Numbered from the stretch's first letter, positions 18,946-35,132 are shown. The stretch is DNA of 64,000 bases from an uncultured Gemmataceae bacterium (GCA_963750165.1 CAVVPN010000012.1:288001-352000), one strand, 5' to 3'. Program-made: numbers and translations. Notes: generated from the letters alone by a model not told the origin.

Positions 18946-19730
18946 TCACCCCCATTTTCGCAAAGGCCGTCTTTGATCACGCTCTCGAAAAGCGCGTTAA
19001 TGCGGTCGTGCAAGATGTTCAGGTATTTTTTTATGTCCCCCTGGCTCATCACGAGGTTGGTATACGCGTCGGTGTCCATCACGAATGACTTTTTACGTAT
19101 CACCGCCGGATAGTCCTCATTCGGCATGCCGAACTGGAACCGGATGGCGACCTCTCCGTCGTTTGTTTCGAGGATGTTGAAGGTTCGCGTAACCGTTTTC
19201 CGATCCTGGGCGAGATTGAAACCCGCCAGCAGATCCGCGTGCAAGTAATCGCTCCATTCCGTTGGATTGGTTTCGTCCAGTTCGATGTGATCGACGTACC
19301 GCAAGCCGACACGGCTGACCATGATGTCGCCGTACGAATGATTCAGCGCATCGACCGCCGAGAGGAAATCCTCGCAAAGCAACTCGAAGTTTTTGTAGGC
19401 GCTGATTTCGATCGCGAGAAAATCTTCCGCGATCACCAGGAATTTGTCCCTGTCTTTCGCGTGGAAGAGCCATTCGTTTCTTTGGCCCTTCAGTTCCTCG
19501 TTTTTTTTGCCTCCGATGCGCAGCGAGTGGGCGATCAACTTCTTCACCTCGGCGATCGGGAAACGGCTCTTGATTGCGCCGATGAACGCTTTTGCAGGAC
19601 CTTTCAGCTCCATCTTTACGTCCGAAAAATCCACGCGCACGACAACCTTCTTCAAGAAGTTTTTCTTATACTTCTTGCGGACCGGCGGTTTGCCGGGCAC
19701 ATCGACCTTGCCGGTCGCTCTCTTTGCCAT
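18935..19730 (-). CDS. TIGR04255-family protein
   Basis: YKKNFLKKVVVRVDF, YKNFE, RVGLRYVDHI, FVMDTDAY, LHDRINALFESVI. Likely true stop near 18935; the ORF runs to 18807 as assembled. Confidence 0.8.
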
Positions 19731-20827
19731 TTGATAATCTCCCCGTCGCAGTTCGGTGGTTTTTGAAGATTATAGCGCTGTGATCGTCTGTAATCCAGAA
19801 ACTTCTGCGCATCGGGACATTTCGATTTGTTCCCCGCGTTCCGGTTGTAGGGGCCTTTTTGTGCCGCAGGGGAAAAGGAATCCTCCTCGCCTAAATAGTG
19901 GCGGCGAAATTCCTTGAAATCAGTTCCGGAAATCGACGCTTGAATACCCAGTCGCCTGGGGGGTCGTCTCGGCGATGCCTCGGAACGCTTGTATGCCCCC
20001 TACGTTATTCTGGTGGAGAATCAGCACTAAATCACTTCCGGTATTCGCAGCCCTTCCCGGCGCCGAGCCCGCTCCCCGCCTCCGCAACCCCACCGCCGCA
20101 TCCACCCCCACCCCGGTTACAATCGCCCCGTCGCCCCACCACACCGGAGTCGCACCCATACTCGTTCAAGCCCTGCAGCCGTCGGCAGCGTCCGCAAGGG
20201 CGACTGGCTCGGCCTGCCCGAACCCGAAGCCCACTCCCTGACCGCCGCCGGCGCCGTCCGCCCCGTCACCGTCACCCTGACCGCACCCGATGCCAAGGCC
20301 GGGATGCCCTTCGACCCGCGTTCCCCGTTCCTGCCGCCCGACCCCAATGCGCTGGAACCCGCGCACCACCTGTTAATCAGTTCATTCTAGCGTACTGGAG
20401 AAGCTGTTTCAACTGGCGGCTGTGGCCGGTTCCACCCTGACAGTCGGCGGCCCCGCCGACGCCCCGCGCCTCCTGCTCCTGGGCCTACTGGAGCAGTTGG
20501 CGGCTGGGAGTAGCGGTGGGTGGAGTGTGGTGGCCCTGTTACTCGGGCTGGCAGCATGGGGCACGGGACGGCACTGGGTTCCGACACCGTGGCCCGGTGG
20601 CCCGGTGGCCCGGTGACTCTTCCGACGACCCGCTACACCCGCCCGCAAACTGCTCTAATCGAGTCCACCGAGGCGGCCCAACAGGGGTTGGGGGTGTGGG
20701 TCCTTCTCCGCCCGGACGTGGCACGGGCTGGCCCACGGGGGGGGGTGTGTGGCTCAGCGTGAGATGAAAAGCCAAGCCAGGGAACTATCAGGGGTTATTT
20801 CATCTCGCGACCGTGAGATGAATCCGG

Positions 20828-22684
20828 TCAAGGGCCGCCCGCCACCACCTTGAGCAGCACCGACTTCGCCGCGTGCTCGGTGTTCTTGCCCTCGCGCCGC
20901 GCCAGCACCACGAACGGCCGCTCCTGTGCCGCCACCCACGGCTCCGCGTACAGCACCACCGTCCGCGTCGTCTCGCGCTCGGTGATGAGGATGCCGTTCA
21001 GGCCGATGTCCAGCACGCGGACGCCGTGCGGCAACCCGCGCACGTCCAGCGGCACCCGGCCCGTGAAGCCGTTGCGCCGCTCGATGCGCACCCGCACTTT
21101 CGCCTCACCGCCCGGCCTGAGCGTCACCACGTCCTCCAGCGTCACCGTCACCAGATCGCCCGCCGCCTTCGTCGTCACCGGCCCCACCGCGACCGTCTTG
21201 ACGACCTTCTGCCCGTCAATGACCGCCTCCGCAACCAACTTCAGCGGCGGCGTCGCCTTCGCGGCGGCGTCCGCCCACAGCGCAAAAGTCGTGCTGTTCT
21301 CATCGACGCCGATGGCGGTCGCCGGCGCAACGAACCCGGCCGGCACCTTGTCCAGCCGCACCTTGATCTCGCCGTCGAAGCCGTCGAGGCGCTCGGCGTT
21401 CACCGTCACCGGCACGGCGCCGCCGAGCCACACCGCCGGCTTGCTCGGGTTGACGCTGACGTTGAAACCCGGCCGCGGCGGCCGCACCGTCAGGCGGTAG
21501 GCGTAGGCCGGGCCGCCCTGGCCGCGCGAGTCGGTGACCAGCACCTGATAGTCGCCGTCCGCCGGCGGGTCGAAGAACAGCCGGGAGTCGCGGCCGTAGC
21601 CGGGGCCGCCGTCGTCGTTGCGGTAATAGAGTGTCACCACCGGGAAGCCGTTCGGCGGGAATTTCGTGCCCGGCGGGTGGAGCGCCACCTTGTACATCGG
21701 CGAGCCGTTGGCGTGGTGCGTCGGCGTCGTGTCCAGGTAGCCAACGCGCTGGCCGCCGGCGCTGAAGAAGTTGCAATCCGCGTCCGGGTTGAGCGGCAGC
21801 GCCTTGATGCGCAGCAGTTCGCCGCCGACGTATAAATAATCGTTCATGGCCAGCTCATTCCAGTTGTCGAGGCGGATGCCGGCGGTCACCGAGTCGTGAT
21901 CGCGGAAGGTGACGTGCGTCCGGGCCAGGCTGCGCAGCGTCGCCCGCGGAATGGGCTGCCCCTTGCCGTCGAGGATGTCAATGGCCGAGTCCAGCGGCGA
22001 ACCGAGGCGGCGGGCGTTGACCTCCACGATTAACCGCTGCCCCTTCTTCGCGCTAAAACGCCAGACGTGCGCCGCCCCCGGCTCCGCCAGGACGCCGTTG
22101 CCGGTGCCGGGCGTCGGCAGTTGCCCGCCGGCTTTGCCGACGACCTCCGGGAACTCGCCGACCATCAGCGTGCGCAGGCCCAGCGGCGTCTTGCGCAGTT
22201 GCGGCAGCGGCAACCGGGCGCCGACGGCCGCGTCCGGGGCCGCCGCCAGCCGCACCGACTTCAGGCCGCGACATACCCAGCTCTTGTGCCGGCCCAGCAA
22301 GTGCGCCGCCTCCACCTGGGTCAGGCCGTCGTCCCGCACCAGGGCCTGCACGACCCACGCCTCTTCCAGCTCCCGCGTGGCACGCTGACCGTGGTTCAGT
22401 CCCAGGATGGCCGCCTTCGCCGTGCGCTCGTCCACCGCCAGCACGCGCACGCTCAAACTGGTCAGCCCGGGCAACTGCTGCGCCGCCGTCCAGCGCTTGA
22501 AGCCGTCGAGCACTTCCAACTGCTGGTCGCGCAGGCACGCCACCACCGGCGACAACTGGCCCCAACGGCGCAGCGACCCGGCCATCGCCTCCTCCGCCGG
22601 CGGATCGGCCAGGCGATAGCGCCGATACTTCTGGCCCAGCGCGGCGCGGGCCACCGGCCGCACGCTGCCGTTCTCCCAGTCCAT
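20828..22684 (-). pseudogene. In-frame chimera: ParB-N/HTH 5' part joined to the 3' part of a planctomycete PPC-domain protein
   Basis: GQLSPVV..VLDGFKR..LTQVEAAHLLGRHKSWVCR switches near 22265 to VNARRLGSPLDS, NDDGGPGYGRDSRLFF and LDVRGLPHGVRVLDIGLNG. Confidence 0.75.
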
Positions 22685-22829
22685 GCGCGTACCCTCCACG
22701 CTCCCCCCAATCAGAGAAAGGAAACGGGGGACACGAAACACGTCCGTGCCCGCCCGCTCCTTCCTCCGTTCTTGGGGTCGTGGCACTGTAAGTCGTCCGG
22801 GACAGCGATCCCAGACCGAAAGACATGCT

Positions 22830-23480
22830 TCAGGAGGTGTCGGGCGCGCGGCAGCGGGCCTTCAGCCGTTGCCGGCGCCAGCGCCGCCGGCGTTGCCGAT
22901 ACCGCGCCTCGCGATCAAGCACGCGTCGTAACGCCAGGCGGCACAGTGGGGAGCAAAAACGCTGCTGGTCACGCTCGTGCCAGACTGGGAACACGGCATA
23001 ACAACCCGGGCGGGCGCACGGCCGCGTCGAAAAAATCTCGTCCGGGACCGCTGGGCGCTGGCCCTCGCGCTGCGTCGTCGTGTTGGTTGGTCCCGAGCGG
23101 TGCGTCGTGGTCAGGCGCGTACGACAGCACTGGCGGTAGCGGCGGTGCTGCTGGCGGCGCCGTTCCTTGCCGTGGGCGCTGGCCCGATAGCGTTGGCTGG
23201 CCTGCCAGCGCCGCCACCGCCGCGCCGCCTGGCGACAGGCGTCACTGCAATACCGGGCCTGGGGGCAAGAGGGCGTGAAGTACCGTTCCCAGCCTTTGAG
23301 CAAACAACGGCGTGTGCGTCGCGCTGGCCGCGCCTCTGGTCGCGCGCCAGAGGACTGCTGAAATGAGGAGGGGCCCAGGGGAGGATGCGCTCCCGACGGT
23401 CCAGTCGCGGAGCCGGGTTGGCGCCTGGCTCCGCGGCGCTTTGCGCTGGGAGGCGCCCAGATCCACTTCAACCCTACCAC
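22830..23480 (-). CDS. Cys/Arg-rich hypothetical protein upstream of ParB (mobile-element remnant)
   Basis: YCSDAC, CARPGC and FCSPLC motifs; start uncertain. Confidence 0.55.
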   Translation of the reverse strand: MVGLKWIWAPPSAKRRGARRQPGSATGPSGAHPPLGPSSFQQSSGARPEARPARRTRRCLLKGWERYFTPSCPQARYCSDACRQAARRWRRWQASQRYRASAHGKERRRQQHRRYRQCCRTRLTTTHRSGPTNTTTQREGQRPAVPDEIFSTRPCARPGCYAVFPVWHERDQQRFCSPLCRLALRRVLDREARYRQRRRRWRRQRLKARCRAPDTS

Positions 23481-23587
23481 ACAATCCTGTCCCGCGATCC
23501 AGCCAGCGCGCTGTGGCCCGGGCCACAGCGCGCTTTTGGCCCCATCCTAAAACGCTGCTGACACACCCCGACCCGGGAGTGCAAACC

Positions 23588-23833
23588 ATGTCGATGGGCA
23601 TTTGGGAGACCACCTACAAGAAGGGACTCGCGGAAGGCCGTGAGGAGGGCAGAGCAGAGGGCCGCGTGGAAGGTCTGCGGGATGCTTTGCAGGCTCAGTT
23701 ACAGGAAAAGTTCGGCCCACTCAGCGAGGCGACTCTGGCCCGATTGCAGCTCTTGACCGCCGAGCAACTGAAAGCACGTTTCATTGCATTGGTCAAAGCT
23801 GCATCCTTGAAAGACCTCGATCTGACCGACTGA
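23588..23833 (+). CDS. Stand-alone Rpn C-terminal (DUF4351-like) small protein
   Basis: GGGAG RBS; KGLAEGREEGRAEG...QLQEKFGPLS...LTAEQL...ASLKDL. Confidence 0.75.
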   Translation: MSMGIWETTYKKGLAEGREEGRAEGRVEGLRDALQAQLQEKFGPLSEATLARLQLLTAEQLKARFIALVKAASLKDLDLTD

Positions 23834-23925
23834 CCGCCTCGGGGCGTACGCGCCGCTGGACGACACGCAGCGTCAAGAATTGGCGGAGCGTTTGCGGCAA
23901 CACCCCAAACCCGGGAGTGCAAACC

Positions 23926-24135
23926 ATGTCCATGGGCATTTGAGAGACCACCTACAAGCAGGGTCTGGAGCAAGGGCAACGGAACATGCTGCGGGTTCAG
24001 TTGGCCGCCCGGTTCGGCCCCCTCAGCGAGACCACGCTGGCGCGGCTGGAGGCGCTGACGGCCGAGCAACTCGAATCCCTGGCGGCAGTGGCGTGGCAAG
24101 CCAAATCGCTGAAAGAGTTGGGGTTGGCCGACTGA
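23926..24135 (+). pseudogene. Second DUF4351-like small protein with a premature stop at codon 6
   Basis: Same upstream acccgggagtgcaaaccATGTCxATGGGCATTTG; TGG changed to TGA; QGLEQG...RFGPLS...KSLKELGL. Confidence 0.7.
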
Positions 24136-24452
24136 TGCGCTAGGGGGCTGTGGCGACGGCCTCCCCGCGGGTCGTTGGCTCACTCGCCGATCAATTCATA
24201 GGTGCCGCTGCCGGGCTTCTTGAGACTGATCATTTCCCCCAAAACTTCCACCAGGGCCGGGAGGAGGCCACCGATAAAGGAGGAAGGGGAGCCACGCGCC
24301 GCGTTTGGTCGGGCGTCATTCATTCATTATTAACGACCGGGAGTGGGCGGGCAGTTACATCAACGACCGGAATAGTACAGGGCACCTCACAGAAATCAAT
24401 TCTTGTGCAGGTGCCCTGTTTATTTGTGCAGACGGTCAAAATGTGCAAAGCC

Positions 24453-25948
<1,496 letters not shown>

Positions 25949-26230
25949 GGGGGACTGCTCCGGAAATGAGGGGGAGATGGGGGGCGATGGGGTCACAACA
26001 CCATACATATTTTCGCAGCAGGCGCAAGGGGAAGGTAGCCTGGTAGGCGGCCCGCAGCCCCGGCCCACCGCCGTGCTGTCGCCGCCTGGCACGCCGCCGA
26101 GGGCCACAACCGCGTTATCGCGCTCTGAAAAGCGCCCTGAAACCGCCGAAATCGCATCAACAAACATGCAAAATGACGGCTCGGCGCCTGTTTCGCGTAC
26201 TGTTTTCAGGACTTTTTTTGCTGTTTTTTC

Positions 26231-26504
26231 CTGACCGTCACGGAATTTGGGGCGGATGACTCTTCGCCTTGGTTCTTTACGCCGAAGGCGTAGCATCCCA
26301 AAGCCCAGGGTCGCGCAGCGCACCCTGCGAAACGAGCGCCTGGGGTGAACGTCTACGCCGAAGGCGTTGCATCCAGGTGATCCAACCCCTTCGGGGTAAA
26401 TTCCTTACGGTTGTTTGCGGTCCCCAGGGTGCCCTGCGCGACCCTGGGCTTTAGGATGCAACGCCTTCGGCGTAAAGACCCGCCCCAAAATCCGTGACGG
26501 TCAG
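26231..26504. mobile_element. 274-bp MITE, copy 2, with 8-bp target duplication
   Basis: Same TIRs as 15662-15935; gttttttc at 26223-26230 and 26505-26512. Confidence 0.92.
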
Positions 26505-26600
26505 GTTTTTTCAGCCCCCCAGTGGTGGGGACCAGGCGAGTGGATGGCCGTGTTGACCAGGCCGGTGGATCGGACGGGATCGAGCGTGTTTCGAGTTGGT

Positions 26601-26850
26601 GTAGCGGCAGTCGCCAGACTTCCGGAAGCGCTTCGGAAGTCTGGCGACTGCCGCTACACCTCAACCTGCAAACCGCTCGATGCCGCTCGTTCCCAAACCG
26701 GAGTTTGGGAACGAGGGAAAATAGAAAACCGGGCGGCCGGGGTTTCCGCCATCGAAGCGTTGTGATCACTGACCGCCGACGATTTTCGAGATGGGAAAGG
26801 GGTCGGGAGTCGATTGACACATGTGTGTCAATCGACTCCCGACCCCTTTC
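26601..26850. repeat. Cluster of three different REP-like palindromes
   Basis: gtagcggcagtcgccagacttcc...ggaagtctggcgactgccgctac; ctcgttcccaaac..gtttgggaacgag; gatgggaaaggggtcgggagtcgattgacacatgtgtgtcaatcgactcccgacccctttcccatc. Confidence 0.85.
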
Positions 26851-26875
26851 CCATCCTTCTTTCCCATCCTGACCC

Positions 26876-27271
26876 CTATTTGGTTTTCAATGCCGCGCGT
26901 TTTTTCTCCAGTGCCACGACGAAGGCATCACTCACGCCGATCAGGGTGAAGGTATTTCCCTGGATGGACACCAGTTTGCGAAGACCCTCGGGGAATCCTT
27001 CCTCGTCACAATCCTTGCAAAAAGGCGTCATCACAACCACCTTGGTCGGGAACAAATTCGCGAAAAGGTTGAGGAAGCCCCAAACGCCGAGAATCTTCGC
27101 CGCCATCGCCGTCCCCTCCTCTCCAGGAGGCACGTCCACCCTCTCCGGGTCGATTTTCAGAAAGGACACCGGATGGGCGACCACGGCCGGGGCCCCACAT
27201 CTCAGGCATACATGGGGCAGCAAATTGACCGGGTCTTTTGCCTCTTCCATGGTCATTTCCACGAGAGCCAT
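26876..27271 (-). CDS. Hypothetical protein with two CxxC motifs
   Basis: LPHVCLRCGAPA...PFCKDC...TLIGVSDAF; AGGGGA RBS. Confidence 0.65.
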   Translation of the reverse strand: MALVEMTMEEAKDPVNLLPHVCLRCGAPAVVAHPVSFLKIDPERVDVPPGEEGTAMAAKILGVWGFLNLFANLFPTKVVVMTPFCKDCDEEGFPEGLRKLVSIQGNTFTLIGVSDAFVVALEKKRAALKTK

Positions 27272-27282
27272 ATGCTTCCCCT

Positions 27283-27474
27283 TCAATGGTTGAACCGAAA
27301 CTCCGCCGAGGTCTCCAGCGCCCAGACCAGATCGCCCAGCCCCGTGTTGCGGTCCCCCTGCTGTGCCGCCAGGAAGTCCGCCACGTCCTTGCGCTCTTCC
27401 GCCGACGGCAACCGCGTCAGCACACTCAAAATACAACTCCTCCGCCAGCGCCCTCTCCTCCCTCAACTTCGCCA
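27283..27474 (-). pseudogene. 3' fragment of a DUF1553-domain gene
   Basis: EELY..VLTRLPSAEE...DLVWALETSAEFRFNH*, the typical DUF1549/DUF1553 C-terminus. Confidence 0.75.
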
Positions 27475-27599
27475 GATAAGAAAAGATAAGAAAAGGGGGT
27501 CGGGAGTCGATATTACGAATTTGTAAAACGTGTTATTGACTCCCGACCCCTTTCCCATCCCCCTTTCCCCGACCCCTTTCCCGTCCCCGAAAGAGGCCG

Positions 27600-27962
27600 T
27601 CAAGGCTCCCGGTCTGTTGCAGTGTCTGGTTCGGCTCCCGACCGTTTCCGCCGGCTGCGACCTGGCTTCGTCCGACCCGCTAACCACTTCTTGAACGAAT
27701 GCTGACTTTCCGCGGACGGCTGACCCGCCAGCAGGTTGGCGACACTAATGTCCTCGTCGAGCGCCGGCCAGTGGATACCCCGCCCGTCGCCAAGCAGCCG
27801 CCAGGAACCCCGTTCCGCAGCCGAGCCGTGGGCCAACCGCGGATACCAGGCCAGCGGCACGGCGATACTGCGGCCGTCCGCCAACTCGACCGCCAAGGTG
27901 TCTTCGCTTACCTCAACATGGATCGCCAGCGGCTCGCGCGTTTCAACCGCCGAAGAATTCAT
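27600..27962 (-). CDS. DUF2442-family antitoxin-like protein
   Basis: LADGRSIAVPLAWYPRL...GIHWPALDEDISV. Confidence 0.9.
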   Translation of the reverse strand: MNSSAVETREPLAIHVEVSEDTLAVELADGRSIAVPLAWYPRLAHGSAAERGSWRLLGDGRGIHWPALDEDISVANLLAGQPSAESQHSFKKWLAGRTKPGRSRRKRSGAEPDTATDREP

Positions 27963-28107
27963 TCCAGCCCTCCAATAACGGCTCCCGAGCGAAGTAGCCC
28001 TCGGGCAGTCCGCCGGCGTTGAGCGCGGCGGCGAGATCCTGGATCCACCGCTGGTGGAAGAAATGGTACGTCCCCGCGGGGACGCGCGTCCAATCGTGAA
28101 TCGGCAT
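27943..28107 (-). pseudogene. Chimera of a DUF4058-type N-terminus and a DUF4160-type C-terminal tail
   Basis: MPIHDWTRVPAGTYHFFHQRWI...LPEGYFA joined to LLEGWNEFFG overlapping the DUF2442 start. Confidence 0.65.
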
Positions 28108-28132
28108 GATAAACCTCGACGTTTGCCACGCC

Positions 28133-28513
28133 TCAGCGCGTGATCGGCTCGGCGGTCTTCGGCGCGGCCCCGTTTGCCTGACCGGAAGCATGGCGCAGAA
28201 TATCATCAATGACAGCACTGGCCTGCCGGTCCTCGACCTCTGCCAGACCTGTCACTAACTCGAACATCCGCAACGGCAGGTCACTATCTTCCGTATCGGG
28301 GACGAACTGGCAGAGGGGCCGACCTTCCACCGTGGCCCCATTCGGCTCCTGGAACGCCAGATACCCCTTCCGATCCGTGGGTAACGGCTTCCAGCCACGG
28401 TCGATCAGGTAAGCAATCACCTCGGCCGTGCCCAGCGCTCGAACCCGAGGGTCGATCCAACGACGATACTGCTCTTGGGGGGCGATGTACCGCCGAGCGT
28501 ACAGCGTATTCAT
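28133..28513 (-). CDS. Hypothetical protein, DUF4365 partner, HicA-like pattern
   Basis: VIAYLIDRGW...FVP...LAEVEDRQASAVIDDIL; AAGGAG RBS 11 bp after the DUF4365 stop. Confidence 0.7.
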   Translation of the reverse strand: MNTLYARRYIAPQEQYRRWIDPRVRALGTAEVIAYLIDRGWKPLPTDRKGYLAFQEPNGATVEGRPLCQFVPDTEDSDLPLRMFELVTGLAEVEDRQASAVIDDILRHASGQANGAAPKTAEPITR

Positions 28514-28524
28514 GACGCGACTCC

Positions 28525-29016
28525 TTACCTCAACGCGGCCAGCATTGTCTGGATGGACTCTACCGAAAACACGTTCGTGCGCGGGATGGTGATCCGCACG
28601 GTTGTCTGATTCGTCGTCGGCTCAGCGCCCCGCAGCGACAGCCAGTAGGCACACCGTCGCAGGATCAGTTCCTCCACCGACTGACTCACCCACTGGCCTT
28701 CCTCTGTCGGGAGCACGAGCAGCACGAGCAAGCGTGGCCGGTGCTCGGGGGCGGTTCGCAGCAGGTTGTAGGCCCGCACCTCCAGGTCGTGAATCACTTC
28801 CGCCGGGCGCACCTCCGCCCCCGTGGTGCTTTTCAGTTGAAGATCAATTTGCGGCCCTGTGTCCAGGTGTTCTGTCCCCTGACGGTCGATGCCGCGCAGG
28901 AACATGTCTACCCCGAAGTCCTGCTGAATGTCCCCACAGGACACACCCGCCTGGGCCGCGATCGCGCGCACGTAAGCCCGGGACAACGCTTCCTGTCGTT
29001 GGTTCCGCGGCAACAT
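28525..29016 (-). CDS. DUF4365-family PD-(D/E)xK nuclease-like protein
   Basis: [41 protein letters not shown]. Confidence 0.88.
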   Translation of the reverse strand: MLPRNQRQEALSRAYVRAIAAQAGVSCGDIQQDFGVDMFLRGIDRQGTEHLDTGPQIDLQLKSTTGAEVRPAEVIHDLEVRAYNLLRTAPEHRPRLLVLLVLPTEEGQWVSQSVEELILRRCAYWLSLRGAEPTTNQTTVRITIPRTNVFSVESIQTMLAALR

Positions 29017-29175
29017 CCGCCTGCCCTCTGGCTCCCCTGGGTTCCATCCAGGCCATCATACCCCGGCAGGCGACCCAGGTGGAATACGGGAACTGCGATC
29101 ACCATAAAACACCAACGCCGAGGCCCGGCCCGCAAGCCGAACCCCGGCGTCCGTGTGTCATCGCTGCCCCGCGCC

Positions 29176-33579
<4,404 letters not shown>

Positions 33580-33652
33580 GGCCGCCCTCCCCTAAAAAGA
33601 AACTCGCAGTCCGAGTTTGAGTGCAATTCTGTATTTATTTCCGAAGGGCAAG

Positions 33653-34054
33653 TTAAGCACTTGCTTGTTGTTGTTGCTTGGCAATTTCAGCGTCGTACTT
33701 CGCGTCAGCTTCTTCCCATTTGCGCATGGCCGTTTCGCGCAGCCGGTTGAAGGTGCCGGCAAGGGCCGGGTTACGTCGCTCCGGAGCAAACCCGGGCCAG
33801 GTCGGAAATGCTTTCCCTGCTGCTTCCCAGGCGTCACGAAACCGCTCTCCCGCCTGACCGAGCAGCAAAAGCGTCCGGTAACGCCAGACTCCTCGTAACT
33901 CCGAGGCACGGAACGATTCCATCCCTGGCGCATCGAGATGCGGAATTTCGTCCGACCAGACCAGCGCGTCAGCGAACAGGTCGTAAAAGAAGTGGGCGTC
34001 TGGGACGGCTTTCAACCCTTGGAGGAAGGGAGCGAGCTTCTGGTAATCCGGCAT
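33653..34054 (-). CDS. Hypothetical protein, immunity-like
   Basis: 133 aa, GAGGAGG RBS, W..A...FPTWPGF..ERR motif. Confidence 0.7.
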   Translation of the reverse strand: MPDYQKLAPFLQGLKAVPDAHFFYDLFADALVWSDEIPHLDAPGMESFRASELRGVWRYRTLLLLGQAGERFRDAWEAAGKAFPTWPGFAPERRNPALAGTFNRLRETAMRKWEEADAKYDAEIAKQQQQASA

Positions 34055-34064
34055 GAACGCCTCC

Positions 34065-34403
34065 TCAGGTTATGGGGGAAAGCTCATCGAAGTCGATGCG
34101 AAAGCGCGGCCCCAACTCACCTTCCCCCAGGTATGTCACTTTCCCGCCTCGCCAGGTGACACCTTTTTCGGCCCGCATGGCGTGCATCCGCGCGATTTGG
34201 TCGTTCGCACAATCGCCGGTTAACAGGGTGCCGCGGACAGCACCCGCGGCAATGGCCCTGTTAATCGCCCGAACGACTACCTCCTGATCATTGATGTTCC
34301 CCACCTCGATGGTAGCGAACCCGTCTTCGATGCGAACCTTGATCCAACCGTCGTTATGGATCACGTTGAACGTAACCACTTCCGGAGGCGATGGGTTGCT
34401 CAT
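34065..34403 (-). CDS. Hypothetical protein
   Basis: 112-aa ORF tightly packed between co-oriented neighbours. Confidence 0.65.
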   Translation of the reverse strand: MSNPSPPEVVTFNVIHNDGWIKVRIEDGFATIEVGNINDQEVVVRAINRAIAAGAVRGTLLTGDCANDQIARMHAMRAEKGVTWRGGKVTYLGEGELGPRFRIDFDELSPIT

Positions 34404-34414
34404 GGCGCATCGGG

Positions 34415-34885
34415 TTACCGTTTTGTTTTCGTGTTACGCTTGCCGTTCCCGTTCCTCCCGGAGACGTTCGCTTTTTCCACGAGCGAAATCACAAACACAT
34501 CGATGGACGAACCGATCGTGTTTAGCAGGACATTTGGCTCAATCCCATCGAAGCTTAGCAGTACGCTGTCCAGGTATCCTTGCTGATTCCAGGCGAGCCA
34601 GGTCCAACCGCACTCCTTGCCGACATATTTTTCCCACGGCTTGGCGGATTGGATGCTTCGGTAACCCCGTTTCGTTCGTAACGGGGACGGCTGGAACTCA
34701 CTGGTTATCGTGTCCGTGTCGATGTCCACTCCGAACCGAAGAAAACAATCTCCCAGGTTCAGAATGAGTTGGTCACGGCAACCATCCACCATTTTTTCCA
34801 GCACGTCCTGAAGGACATACGGCGTCTCTCGCGGCGGAAGCAGCAGAGGATCGGCGCTGTCGGGATGGCGGGCAAGAACGCTCAT
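34415..34885 (-). CDS. Hypothetical protein, DUF6334-like / immunity-like
   Basis: PW..YVGKECGWTWLAWNQQGYLDSVLLSF motif; GAGGGA RBS. Family name recalled, not searched. Confidence 0.7.
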   Translation of the reverse strand: MSVLARHPDSADPLLLPPRETPYVLQDVLEKMVDGCRDQLILNLGDCFLRFGVDIDTDTITSEFQPSPLRTKRGYRSIQSAKPWEKYVGKECGWTWLAWNQQGYLDSVLLSFDGIEPNVLLNTIGSSIDVFVISLVEKANVSGRNGNGKRNTKTKR

Positions 34886-34895
34886 GACAAATCCC

Positions 34896-35132
34896 TCAGT
34901 GTTCCTGTCCCAGACGGCGGGCCTGCTTCGCGATCTTTATCGCCTTGGCCGCCGTCGCGTCACCTTCTACCGCCGCCTTTGCCGCTTCCCCGAGAGACTG
35001 ATTCGCCCACGGCCCGGCCTCTTGCACATTGGCGGCATTTCCGCCGCGTGTCCGAATCACCTCGGCCACGGTCTGGTCTGCGACATCGACCAGCGTTCCG
35101 AGTTTGCGCCGGATGGCCTTTGTGAGCTTCAT
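34896..35132 (-). CDS. Small basic helical protein resembling a polymorphic-toxin C-terminal tip
   Basis: MKLTKAIRRKLG...VAEVIRTRGG...SLGEAAKAAVEGDATAAKAIKIAKQARRL; starts 13 bp after the rpoB stop. Confidence 0.65.
   Translation of the reverse strand: MKLTKAIRRKLGTLVDVADQTVAEVIRTRGGNAANVQEAGPWANQSLGEAAKAAVEGDATAAKAIKIAKQARRLGQEH

Noticed and set aside
19900..20820. Coding genes in the GC-rich low-complexity stretch
   Set aside because: Only short Pro/Gly-rich ORFs without an RBS or recognisable motifs; probably a decayed remnant.
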